Assembly (NCBI GenBank): GCA_038087875.1
Contig: CM075992.1
Location: 4,714,001 to 4,778,000, forward strand
DNA length: 64,000 nt
Source of the DNA: Malacoraja senta
Taxonomy: Eukaryota
Direction of reading: 5' to 3'
The notes below the pieces were generated by a model. It was not told the origin of the DNA. It saw only the letters and a list, made by a program, of their open reading frames with translations, and searched no databases. The position numbers and the translations under genes were made by a program. Positions within the stretch are counted from its first letter, which is position 1. Each line of letters begins with the position of its first letter. Below, one piece after another: positions 48,254 through 61,960 of the stretch.

Positions 48254-49497
48254 TAGAATGGTTCTTTGTTGGCTGAGGGGAAGTTGACAACGAGGCATAC
48301 AGGGTAAAATTAATCAGGAGGACAGAGAAACTAGTAGGAGAACGAGGGTGGGGGAGGGGCGGAGAGAGAGGGAACATGAAGTTAGAGAAATCGGTGTTCA
48401 TACTGTTGGCTTCTTCTTGTCATTCTGCTCAAGTATGTTGAGATGTTTCAAAGGCTTTGCTTGAATGGAAAGGTAGGGGGACTGTTCTTACCGAAGACTC
48501 CTTGATGTGGCCGTCTCACAAAGAGGAAAGCCCACAGCTATGTCTCATGTCTCACATACAGTGTGGGTTAACAATGACATCTTTGAAATGTCATTGTTAT
48601 GAAAATGAAAGAAAAGTCTGCCTGTTCAATATCACCTTCAGAGAAGGCTACTCTGAGTAAATGAACCCCTGCACATCCTTCCTACCATGGTCCCATCCTT
48701 GTAATATGATGACCATAACTATACACATAGAACATAGAACCGCAACAGGCCCTCCGACCCCCAATGTCCATGCAGAACATCTTACCTACCTGCACATATT
48801 CCATATCCCTCCATTCCCTGCATATCCAACATCTATCCAAAAATCTCCCAATTGCAACCATGGTATCTGCCTCCACCACCAGCTCTGGCAGCAGGTTCCA
48901 GGCCCCCTGCCACTCTTTGTATAGAAATCTTACCTGCACATTTTCTTCAACTTTGCCCCTCTCAGGTTAACGCTATGCCCTCTATGTCCTCTAGTGTTTG
49001 ATATTTCCATCCTGGGAAAAAAAAGATCTGACTTTCTACCTTTCATAGTTTTATCAGCACTTCTCTCAACCTCCTGAATTCCAGAGAAAAGAATCCAAAT
49101 CTGTGCAACCTCTCCCTGCCCCGAATACCCCCCCTAATTGGGCATCATTTTAGAACACATGTTTACAATCAAGTCAAACACAAGTATAAAAGGTAGGGCA
49201 AAGGGGAAGATACAGAGTGTAGAATATAGTTCTCAGCATTGTAGTGCGCCAGTTCCGTAGTCAAAGTCCAATATCCACACAGGGGTTGATGTGAATCGGA
49301 CAGTACCCTAGCTTATGGAAGTAGGGTACAGAAGCCTGATAACAGAGGGGAAGAAGCTGTTCCTTTTTTTATTTTTTCAACTTCTTTAAAGTGATTTCCA
49401 CATCTCCTCGCTGCTTGGCCCCTCCGCATCCAACAATCTCCTCCAGCCTGGCAACCAGGCTAGGAATAACATAGCTCAAGCCACTTGTTGAATTTAG

Positions 49498-50022
49498 TTA
49501 CACGAAAATGCTGGAGAAACTCAGCGGGTGCAGCAGCATCTATGGAGCGAAGGAAATAGGTAACGTTTCGGGCCGAAACCCTTCCTCAGACTGATAGGGG
49601 GTGGGGAGAAGAAAGGAAAAAAGGAAAAAGGCAGAGGAGGATCCCAAGGGCTGGGGGAGGGGACGAGACAACCAGATGGCTGATGAAGGGGAGGGGACAG
49701 CAAGGGCTAGCAGAATTGGGAGAATTCAATGTTCAAGCCCCCAGGATGTAGACTGCCCAAGCGGAATATGAGGTGCATTTCCTCCAATTTACGGTGTTGC
49801 TCGCTGTGGCCATGGAGGAGACCCAGGACAGAGAGGTCAGATACGGAATGGGAGGGGGAGTTGAAGTGCTGAGCCACCGGGAGGTCAGGTTGGTTATTGC
49901 GGAGGTGTTCGGCGAAACGATCGCCAAGCCTCTGCTTGGTCTCACCGATGTAGATCAGCTGGCATCTAGAGCAGCGGATGCAATAGATGAGGTTGGAGGA
50001 GATGCAGGTGAACCTCTGTCGA
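49498..50022 (-). mobile_element. Penelope-like element 3' end: GIY-YIG endonuclease fragment plus terminal repeat with hammerhead core
   Basis: FTCISSNLIYCIRCSRCQLIYIGETKQRLGDRFAEH...HFN...LHPGGLN, followed by CTGAGGA-A-GGGTTTCGGCCC-GAAACGTT at 49561-49592. Confidence 0.9.
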
Positions 50023-50198
50023 CTTGAGGATGTGCCTTCAGCTGCCAGCATGTAAGCTCTGGAATTCCAACCCTCTCTGCACACAACATAATCATTAAGG
50101 TCCTTCTCCTTGGAACCTCACCTTTGATCATTCTCACATATCTCTTTTGAGGCGAGCCAAAGATTTTTTGTTGGTGCTGTTTCCTGTTGCAGCTACTT

Positions 50199-50398
50199 NN
50201 NNNNNNNNNNNNNNNNNNNNNNNNNNNNNNNNNNNNNNNNNNNNNNNNNNNNNNNNNNNNNNNNNNNNNNNNNNNNNNNNNNNNNNNNNNNNNNNNNNNN
50301 NNNNNNNNNNNNNNNNNNNNNNNNNNNNNNNNNNNNNNNNNNNNNNNNNNNNNNNNNNNNNNNNNNNNNNNNNNNNNNNNNNNNNNNNNNNNNNNNNN
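50199..50398. other. Assembly gap (200 N)
   Basis: Run of n. Confidence 1.
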
Positions 50399-51774
50399 GA
50401 GAGAGGGAGAGAGGGAGAGAGAGAGAGAGAGAGAGAGAGCTAGCTAGCTCTGGATATAGACACAAAAAGCTGGAGTAACTGCAGGACAGGCAGCATCTCT
50501 GGAGAGAAGGAATGGGTGACGTTTCTTCTTCAGACTCTGGGTCCACGCAAAGAAACAGTTTAATTCCACGATGGAAGGCAGTGCAAGTTTGCGTCGTACA
50601 AAGAAACAGATATACTGAATAGCCTCCCCCTCCTCTTATCTGCGTGCTTCTGTGGTTAGGGCACTGCTCCGCTTAGTGAAGCGGCCAAGCAACAAGACTT
50701 TCCCACTCGAGAAAAGACACATGATGAGTTGGCGGACCTGGGCCGTTTTGGAACTCACGTGGGGCTGCCCCTGTCCGGTGGTAGGCCCCCTTTGTGTTTC
50801 TGTGCTTGTCCCTAACTGAGGGGGGAAACTAACCTCCTCTGAGGCTATCTGAGTAAAATGTCCAAGCGAGAATGATTCAACTCCTACAACTGCCGATCAC
50901 AACTTTGAGTCACAGCCCCTCATTATATATACTGTAATACACTCTTTTTTATATCAATAATGAAGGTTTAGATGCAGTTGGTTCCCAACAGACAAACAGC
51001 CTATTCACAACGTTACAAAGGTTAAAAAAACTGCCTAAACAAAACAAAAACAAAATGTTGTTTCCCCTTGGCAACTTTCTCTGCTGAAATAACGTAGTGT
51101 TTCTGAGAACAAATGATGTCTTTATAGACACAAAAGGCTGGAGTAACTCCGCGGGACAGGCAGCAGCATCTCTGGAGAGAAGGAATGGGTGACGTTTCGG
51201 TTTCTGAAGAAGTCTCGACCCGAAACGTCACCCATTCCTTCTCTCCAGAGATGCTGCCTGTCCCGCTGAGTGACTCCAGCTTGTTGTGTCCATCTTCAGT
51301 TTAAACCAGCATCTGCAGTTCCTTCCTACACAAACCTTGTCTTTATTGTACTATTCATCGTAGCTTCCTGTCTGGGTCGAGCATCGTGGTGTCCACTCTA
51401 TTCATGTAACCATCTCACCCCCCCCCACCCCCCGCCCATCCGCCTCTTCAGTCACTACCCGAAGCTCCCAGCCTCTGGGGGGAGCCCCTAATGCTGTCTG
51501 TGGTCTGCTAACTAAGGATCTGTAGATGACTGATGGCCTGTGGCTATTCCACTGAACTGCAGCCAACTCAATTCAGACACAACAAGCTGTTCCAGAAAAT
51601 CCAACTCTGCATCCTGTGACTCACTGTTTATGGGAAGGGAACGGAAAGGAAGGGGTTTACAAACAGGGTTTCAATTGTGAATCCCATCCCCGAGCTTAGT
51701 GACACCTCAGCCCAGTCCGGAATTTGCAGGTGTGATCCCCGGGATCTGTTCCACCTGAGGCAATGGCTATGAAC

Positions 51775-52510
<736 letters not shown>

Positions 52511-54474
52511 TGGCAAACACTCACATTCAAGCTGAGACTGTTCCAGTCAAGTGTGGTCAAGTGGTTCTCCCTGTTTCCACACAAGGATAATGTGTTTTTG
52601 CATGGAATCTTTAAAAAATACTACTGCTTCAGGATGTGGCTACCATTGCAACACTGGCATTTACTACCCATTCCTGCTCGCCCGTGAGAAAAAGATGGTG
52701 AGCCACTTCACCGACCAACACTATTGACAAAATAAAGTTGTGGGAGTTGGAGAGGGAGATTTTGGGATTCTGATCCAGCTAAGGCAATAGAAAAAGGGTC
52801 TTGACCCGAATCGTCACCCATTCCTTCTTTCCAGAGATGCTGTCTGTCCCGCTGAGTTACTCCAGCATTTTGTGTCTATTTTGGGTGTAAACCAGCATCT
52901 GCAGTTCCTTCCTACACATACGATGCGATACGATAGAACTCTATTTATCCCAGGAGGGAAATTGATCTGCCAACAGTCATAAAACACACAAGATACAAGA
53001 AATATGAAATTAAAGTGACCAGGGCAAATATTGGGGAGAGGGGGGGGGGGGGAGAGTCAGTCCACCCCACGACCGAAGGGGGAGGAGTCATACAGTTTGA
53101 TTGCCACAGGGAAGAAGGATATGATCAGGCTTGATCTGAGCTCTCTGGTCTCTGTTGCAGGCTCTGACCTTCTGAGCCAAAGGTGAGTGCAATGACCAGT
53201 GAACCACCATAGGCACTCATGGGTGGGAGACATGACCAGGGAAGATAAATTGGTTGGGAATTTTCAGAATTCCACACGGCTAATTTTAGGACATCAATAA
53301 GCCACTCAGGACTTTGGCAAACTTATTACAGCTCGTGTATGCCTGCTGTCTGAACCAGCAAGGAGCTAGACAGTAAATAGCTGTAAGGTATGAGCGCAAG
53401 TCTATTAATGGGCCAGTGTGTTCGGCTCCAGTAAACACAACAGAAACACTCACTGAGTCCGCATATGGTTTTTACAATCAGCACTAGTCTGTGCTGGTAT
53501 CAGTAGTTTAGCAGACGTCCTGTCTGGGAGGCTGGGGTGGTAACAGCAGATAGTAAACACAGCCAAACTCTGTCAGACCTCAGACACGAGCTGCAGATGC
53601 AAAAAAAAATCCACACACACAAAGTGCTGGAGCAATTCAGCAGGTCAGGCAGCATTTTGGAGAACATGGATAGGCAACGTTGCAGGTCGGGACCCTTCTT
53701 CAGACCTCCTTGCCCTGGAAGTATGCTTGACTGATTCTACACTTACCTGCTCTGAAAGTAGCAGGTGTATATACACATGTATATATATACACCTATATAC
53801 ACACACGCATGCACACCTACACTCACACACATACACACACACATGTGCACGCACACAGGTGCATACACACACAAGTGCATGCACACGCACGCACACACAC
53901 GCACGTTCATACGCACGCATACTCAGGATTGTACGAAAGAAGTCAAAAGAGCCAAGGTTGTTTAATTGTCATATTTACTGACAATGGAACAATGAGATTC
54001 TTGCTTGCAGCTGCATAATGCCCTGTCCCACTTAGGCGATTTTTTAGGCAACTACAGGCAACTAGGCTGTCGCCACATGGCCGTCGGGGTGTCCCCTGTA
54101 TGGTCGTGAGTCGTCTCCTCAGTCGCCCAAAGAATCGTAGCGTTTTTCTGGTCGCCACTGGATTTTGAAATGTTCAAAACTTTTCAGCGACAGTCGGCGA
54201 CAGTTGGCTTGATGCCAATGAGCGTAGCTTGACTTCTCCTGACGTAGCTGCTGTTGTAAGTTGTTGCCAGGATGACGTAGGTTGGCGCTGTTGCTGACTG
54301 GTTTTTTTTAGGCCTGTTTCTGCACTGTATCTCTAAAGGGTAGTCTAAAAACTACAGATATATAGGCCTCATAACACTATGAATGTAAAAACTGAAGAAA
54401 GCTGTGAATGTAAAGAAAGCTATGCACTGTTTCTGCACTTCCTATTTCTTTTCAGCGAATTAAACCATATAACA

Positions 54475-54629
54475 GGGGTGGGAGATTGCAACCTTCACGG
54501 GGTCTGCCCTGTTTCGACGAATGCAATCAACCTGCCGGTGCACAATCAAGTAAGATCAAATAGAACAAGTTGTCCTTCAACTTTAGGCTGTGCACGCCAT
54601 ACGCAAGAAGAAGAAGAAGAAGAAGAAAG
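54475..54629 (+). mobile_element. Ribozyme-headed short retroposon, copy 4 (ribozyme 54475-54528)
   Basis: GGGGTGG-GA-GATTGCA-ACC-TTCACGG-GGT-CTGCCCT-GTTTCGAC-GAA-TGCAATC with a long (AAG)n tail. TSD CATATAACA is at 54466-54474 and 54630-54638. Confidence 0.85.
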
Positions 54630-54644
54630 CATATAACAGATGGA

Positions 54645-54832
54645 AGGTACACAAAAATGCTGGAGAAACTCAGCGGGTGCAGCAGCATCTATGGAGCGAA
54701 GGAAATAGGTAACGTTTCGGCCCAAAACGTTACCTATTTCCTTCGCTCCATAGATGCTGCTGCACCCGCTGAGTTTCTCCAGCATTTTTGTGTACCTTCG
54801 ATTTTCCAGCATCTGCAGTTCCTTCTTTAACA
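54645..54832. mobile_element. Palindromic Penelope-terminus insertion with 15-bp TSD
   Basis: Fold-back structure. TSD CATATAACAGATGGA is at 54630-54644 and 54833-54847. Confidence 0.85.
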
Positions 54833-57800
54833 CATATAACAGATGGAGCCTAGCTCTGTAATCTGTAAACGTTGCCGCTAACCTCAGAGGTTAGACTGAC
54901 TGTGACCTTGCTGCGAATAGTGTGAAGGTCACAAGCAAACTGACACATTCACACTTCCATCTCCACAGTAGCTTCTTGCAGAAAACCCTCTCACTCCTTG
55001 GTCCTGGTTCTGCAATGAATACGATTCCGTCGAGTCCGTGCTCTCACCTCCATTGATCCAGGATGGGTGAGAAATGAGATTGGGTGGTATTTTAAGAATG
55101 AGCTTTTCTTTTCGCAATGCTTCTGCTTCAGAACTGGGCTGTGTCTCCATCAGCTTTGTACTTTGGAAGTACTTGGAGTTACCATTTATTGAGTCCCAGC
55201 TTCAATGAAAGTTGTGAACTAATACTGAGGGCCATAATCAGAAGACAAATATATACAAATTGCCCAAACTAAATGTTGTAGGCCGGCACGGGGGGTGCAG
55301 CGGGTAGAGACGCTGCCTCACAGCGCCAGAGACCCAGGTTCGATCCTGACCACGAATGCTGCACATTCAGCATAGTTTGCACATTCTCCTTGTGACCGCG
55401 TGGGTTTCCTCTGGGTGCTCCGGTTTCCTCCCACCTCCCACAAAGATGTGCGGGTTTGTAGGTTAATTGGCCTCTGGAAATTGTCCCTGGAGTATAGGGA
55501 GTGTGTGGGAAAGTGGGATAACATAGAAGTAGTGTGAAGGGGTGATTGATGGCCGGTATGTACTTGGAGGGCCGAAGGGCCTGTTTCCTTGCTGTATCTC
55601 TCACCTTTACTACTTGGATTGCCATTTATTAATTCCCAGCATCAATGGAAAGGATGAAAAATCACTGGGCCCATAATCAGAAGACTAATATATGTAGAAA
55701 CAAAGGGCTGCACGGTGGTTTGGTGATAGAGTCGCTGCCTTATAGCGCCAGATACCCGGGTTCGATCCTGACTACGGGTGCTGTCTGTACGGAGTTTGTA
55801 CGTTCTCCCCGTGACCTGCGTGGGTTTTCTCCAGGTGCTCCAGTTTCCTCCCACATTCCATAGACGTTAAGGTTTGTACGTCAATTGGCTTGATGTCCCT
55901 GGTGTGTGTAGGATAGTGTAAGTGGCGGGGAAGCTGGTCGGTGCGGCCTCGGTGGGCCGAAGGGCCTCTTTCCACATCGTATCTCTAAATCTAAAACTTA
56001 AAACTGAAACTGCAGATGCTGGCTGCAGATGCAGACCCGAAACGTCACCTATCCGTGTTCTCCAGAGATGCTGCCTGACTCGCTGAGTTACTCCAGCACT
56101 TTGTGTCTTTTTTTGTAAACCAGCGCCTGCAGTTCCTTATTTCTCAATCAAAATCAGCGAGCATTTATTAATGACATCAACCATGACTGGATGAGTCTTC
56201 ATCGACTTACAGAGTTAATTGTGTATCTGGCAAATGTGTCTCCCTGCTCACTACGAACGGATGTCAGAACAGCAATGTCAGAAGGTAGCCTTTTGTGTAA
56301 ATAAAGAAACCCTTTGTTTTCCTCAGATAAGAGAGATCTGAGAACATTTTGTTAACAAAGTCAAATGAAGATTTCAAACAGTTTAGTGAACAAAAACAGG
56401 TTGCCCGACCACTTAGGATGTGGTATCACTAATTTATGATGTGGTTTTAAATATTATTATTTTTAAACCAACCTAGACCGTTTCTCACAATGTCAGCCTT
56501 TGTCACTCTACTTTAGCTGGAGTTTCAGAGCAGGTTTTCTGCAATAATCATTGCATTTGCAAATAACTGAAAACAGTGATGAATCAAACAGATTGCAGCA
56601 AAATGGTCTAATTTGCCTCGATTCAAATTCCAATGAATGCCCACAAATAGAAGATGCAAGGAACTGCAGAAGTTGAATTCTTGAGCCAAACACACAGTAT
56701 GCTTGGGTAACTCAATGAGTCACGCTGCATCTTTAGTTTAGTTTGGTTTAGTTTAGAGATAGAGCTCGGAAACAGGCCCTTCGGCCCACCAAATCCATGC
56801 CGACCAGGATATCACTATCCTACACATAGGTGAAGGGGAAAAGTGAAGTTGAAGGGGAAAAGATTTAATAAGAATCTGAGGGGTAACTTTTTCACACAAA
56901 GGGTGGTGGATGTATGGAACAAGCTGCCAGAGGAGGTAGTTGAGGCTGTGACTATCCCAATGTTTAAGAAACAGTTAGACAGATACATGGATGGGACAGG
57001 TTTGGAGGGATATGGACCAAATGCTGGCAGGTGGGACTTGTGTAGCTGGGACATGTTGGCTGGTATGGGCAAGTTGGACCGAATGGCCTGTGTCCACACT
57101 GCATCACTCTATGACTCTATGACACTAGGGCCATTTTTCAATCTTTACTGAAGCCAATTCACCAACAGTTTCCTCCCACAATCCAAATGTCTTTGGATTG
57201 TGGGAGGAAACCGGAGCACCCAAAGAAAACCCACAAGGTCACGGGGAGAAGGTACAAACTCTGTATGGATAGCGCCTGCAGTCGGGATCGAACCCAGGTC
57301 CCTGGCGCTGTAAGGCAGCAACTCTACCGCTGTGCTAACATGCCATCCTTGAAGGAAATAGACAGGTGACGTTTCAGGGATGGACCCTTCTTAATTCATA
57401 ATGGGAAATGGCCAAGTATGGGCAAATGGAAGTCGCTTAAATCTGCATCTTGTTTGGCAAGCTTACCTGGACCTAAGGGTCTGTTTACATTTAGTATTAC
57501 TCTACAAGTCTGACTCTCTTCATCCTCTCAATTCCCTTAATTTCCTAAATCAATTAAATCATCACTTTATAAACGTCATTAGAAACTGTGTGCTCAGATC
57601 CAATTACTTCAGTTCAGTTCAGAGATACAGCATGAAAACAAACTTGTCAAACTCCACAAACCCCTCAATTCCTAATCTTTCAAAATGGATCCATATCCTC
57701 TTTAAATACCTCCAATATTCTAGCCTTGTGGGTATAAGGAACGAGATGCCTGAGGAGGCAGGTATTATCTCAACATTTATAAGACATTTGGAAGGTACAT

Positions 57801-60800
57801 GGATAGGGGCACAGGATTAGAGGGATATGAGCCAAATGGGACTAATGTCGATGCATCTTGGGCAGAATGGGCTAGTTGGGCCGAAGGGCCTGTTTCCCTG
57901 CTGTTTGATTCAATGACTCTTCTACCTCGAGGCTAAAAAGTTGCAGTGAGAAAAAGAGGAACAATTTGCAAATGTTGAGAGTAAAGCCAGCAGACCGACC
58001 AAAGGGTGCAAACACCATTAGTGTGCAGAAGAATTGTAAAACAAGAGCAGAACATTGACGGTTAAATAACTAACTCATTCTGTTTCAGAATCCGTTGGTG
58101 GGTCGACAGTCTAACATTAAACCCATATAAAAATTGTCCTCATTGGTCGACCGTTTACTCATTCTAGAAGTGGTGAAAACTCGGGTAGGTCTGCTTTGTG
58201 GCCTGCCTTACCCGTAGAATCCTTGTAGAATGCTTGTAGATCCTTTGTCAGCGGGTCTCCAACTCAACTCTGAAATTTCGCAACAAACTTTGTGGCCTGT
58301 GCCCAGGCACGGACATCTAGAGTTGTTGCTACCCGACTATTTGCACAGGGACCTTGTTACTCATAGGAAAACCACACTTAACAGCAAACTTTCTTTCAGA
58401 AAGAGAGAGCTGAACACTTTGAGCCGCAACCTTGCTTCTTTCAGTCAACGATCACTCACTATCACTTGCCAAACTTTGACACGCCCCACCTCTCTTCCAA
58501 TTATCCGCCCTCCTACTCCAATCTTCACCCAGAGAGTTGTGAATCTGTGGAATTCTCTGCCACAGAAGGCAGTGGAGGCCAATTCACTGGATGTTTTCAA
58601 GAAAGAGTTCGATTTAGCTCTTAGGGCTAACGGAATCAAGGGATGTGGGGAGAAAGCAGGAACGGGTACTGATTTTAGATGATCAGCCAAGATCATATTG
58701 AATTGCGGTGCTGGCTCGAAGGGCTGAATGGCCTACTCCTGCACCTATTTTTTCTGTTTCTCCTTTTTTAATTAGTCTGAAGAAGGGTCCCGAATTGAAA
58801 CATCACCTATCCATGTTCTCCAGAGATGCTTCCTAACCTGCGGAGTTACTCCAGCACTTTGTGTCTTTCTTATAAACAACATCTAAAGTTTCTTGTGCCT
58901 ACGAATCAGTCACTTTCATCCCCTTAGACTCTTTGTTCAGCTGATGATGTTGGTTATGTCTTTGTGTAGAAAGGAACTGCAGATGCTGGTTTTAAACCGA
59001 AGATCAACACAAAATGCTGGAGTAACTCAGCAGGCTAACAATGGTCTGTTTCCTTTAACATCGTTACTTTTTTGCATATCTTTCATTCATTGTTCTATGA
59101 GTTAGATAGAGCTCTAGGGGCTAGTGGAGTCAAGGGATATGGGGAGAAGGCAGGCACGGGTTGTTGATAGGGGACGATCCACCATGATCACAATGAATGG
59201 TGGTGCAGGCTCGAAGGGCCGAATGGCCTCCTCCTGCACCTATTTTCTATGTTTCTATGTATCTCTCTAATTCATCGTCTATATCTCCCGTTTTGCTTTC
59301 CCGTGACTTTCATTCAGAAGAAGGGTCTCGACCCGAAACCTCACCCATTCCTTCTCTCCAGAGATGCTGCCTGCCCAGCCGAGTTACTCCAGCTCTTTCT
59401 ATCTATCTTTGGTTCTGTCTTTGTCTCATCGAGTGCTTCTGATGCCTTGACTCTGGGGTCAGTAATTCAATGTTGCGCGGGAGTTCCATCAATTGAGCTG
59501 CAGTGGACGAGGCCAAGTTGACACTACCATTGTAGCACTGGGGGTGTACTGAAATATGAAGTGCATAGATAGGGTGGATGGACCAAGTGCGTTCTCCCCC
59601 CCCCCGGGTCGGAGAACGAAGAAGTAGAATGCAAAGGTTCATGGCAAGAGGGGAAAGATTTAATGGGAAGCTGAGGGGGTGAACTTTTCACAGGGTGGTG
59701 GGTATATGGAACAAACTGCCAGAGGTAGTAGTAGAGGCAGGTGTTAGATGTAGTTTTAGTGATACAGCATGGAAACAGGCCCTTCAGCCCACCAAGTCTA
59801 GGCCGACCATTCATCACCTGCACACTAATGCCATGTTATCCCACTTTCCCGTCCACTCCCTACAATTAGGGCCAATTTACAGAGGCAAATTAACCTACAA
59901 ACCTGCACGTCTTTGGAATGTGGAGGAAACCGGAGCACCCGGAGAAAACCCACACGGTCACGGGGAGAACGTACAAACTCCATACAGACAGCACCCGCAA
60001 TCGGGATCAAACCCGGGTCCCTGGCGCTGTAAGGTACTATTGCACTATTAAAACACAAAAGACAATAGACAATAGACAATAGGTGCCCGATTAGGCCATT
60101 CGGCCCTTCGAGCCAGCACCGCCATTCAATGTGATCAGGGCTGATCATCCCCAATCAGTACCCCTTTCCTGCCTTCTCCCCATATCCCCTGACTCCGCTA
60201 TTTTTAAGAACCCTATCTAGCTCTCTCTTGAAAGCATCCAGGGGACCGGCCTCCACTGCCCTCTGAGGCAGAGAATTCCACAGACTCAACACATTATTTG
60301 ACCTGTGTGTGAAGGAACTGCAGATGCTGGTTTAAAAGCTCAGTCACTCAGCGGGTAAGTCTGTTAGGGTGAAGAAGGGTCTCGACCGGAAACTTCTGCT
60401 ATTCCTCTTCTCCAGAGATGCTGTCTGGCGCGCTGAGTTACTCCAGTTTTTTGTGTATCTTACATTATTTGACCTGTTCGGATAGGAGTAAACACAAAGG
60501 TTTTCAATGTGCCTCGACATACATGATGAGAATTGACCCAAACCTAAAAACCTAAACCTAGTGCCAAGAATTCAAGCAGAGAATCCCCTTTTCCCCACCA
60601 CTTCTCATTTGGCTTCCTCATCTACAGTCAAGCCCATTGTTGACTCATACAGAAGGAGTTGACCTTTCCAGGGAACTACTGTACATGTGATGAACACTAG
60701 GTGAATTGGCAACCCTTCTCTATAAAGATAAAGCAAAGGGGGTTCTTTCCCTCAGAGCAAGCAAGATTGATATCAACTATTGAAAACTCTTTCATTGGGC

Positions 60801-61380
60801 TTCTATGTATATAATATTTGGGCAATTGCAAAATAGCTTTTTGATAAGGGTTTATGAATCAGTACTACAGGTTGCAACAAGAGATTCACCACCAAATTTC
60901 TAACTCATGTGAATCATTCAAGCCAGCTGCACGCATCTGATATTAAACACACTTGAGATGAAGTCTGATCTATGAACTGATTGTGTATTAAAGACATGCC
61001 TGTGAAATAATCAAGTGGTCCCGTGGAGAGATATAACACAGAAATAGATTTCCCAGACACCGAGTCCACGCCACACTGACCACCAACCACTCGTTTATAC
61101 CAATCCTACATTAATCCTTATTTTTAATTCTCTCCACATTGTAATTGACACTGGTGGCATGGTGACGCAGCGGTAGAGTTGCTGCCTTACAATGCCAGAA
61201 ACCTGGGTTTGATCCTGACTACGGGTGCTGTCTCTACAGAGTTTGTAAATTCTCCCCGTGACCTGCATTGGTTTTCTCCGGGATGTTCAGTTTCCTCGCA
61301 CACTCCAAAGACGTACAGGTTTGTAGGTTAATTGGCTTGGTAAAATTGTAAATTGTCTCTAGTTTGTAGGATAGTGTTAC

Positions 61381-61960
61381 AATTTTGGTCGCCTAATTAT
61401 AGGAAGGATGTCAACAAAATAGAGAGAGTACAGAGGAGATTTACTAGAATGTTGCCTGGGTTTCAGCAACTAAGTTACAGAGAAAGGTTGAACAAGTTAG
61501 GTCTTTATTCTTTGGAGCGCTGAAGGTAAAGAGGGGACTTGATAGAGGTCTTTAAAATTATGAGCGGGTTAGACAGAGTTGACGTGGATAAGCTTTTTCC
61601 ATTGAGAGTAGGGAAGATTCAAACAAGGGGACATGACTTGGGAATTAAGGGACAGAAGTTTAGGGGTAACATTAGGGGGAACTTCTTTACTCAGAGAGTG
61701 GTAGCTGTGTGGAATGAGCTTCCAGTGGAAGTGGTAGAGGCTGGTTCGATTTTATCCTTTAAAAATAGATTGGATGGGTATATGGACGGGAAAGGAATGG
61801 AGGGTTATGGTCTGAGTGCAGGTAGATGGGACTAGGGGGAAGTATTTATTATTAAAAAAAAAGTTAAAATTTTTTTTTTAAATGTTCGGCACGGACTTGA
61901 AGGGCCGAGATGGCCTGTTTCCGTGCTGTAATGGTTATATGGTTATATGGTTATATGGTT
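61381..61960 (+). mobile_element. CR1/HER1 LINE 3' fragment
   Basis: DLIEVFKIMSGLDRVD...FFTQRVVAVWNELP, with an (ATGGTTAT)n tail. Confidence 0.9.

Noticed and set aside
50721..50819. ATGATGA...CTGA resembling a C/D box snoRNA
   Set aside because: There is no terminal stem, no clear C'/D' boxes, no recognisable rRNA guide and no plus-strand host gene.
54929..55150. ATG-initiated 73-aa minus ORF and a possible plus-strand exon
   Set aside because: No recognisable homology and no linked exons.
58212..58440. Unique stretch with a minus-strand GTAAGG donor
   Set aside because: The frames are short or stopped, so I cannot support a coding exon.
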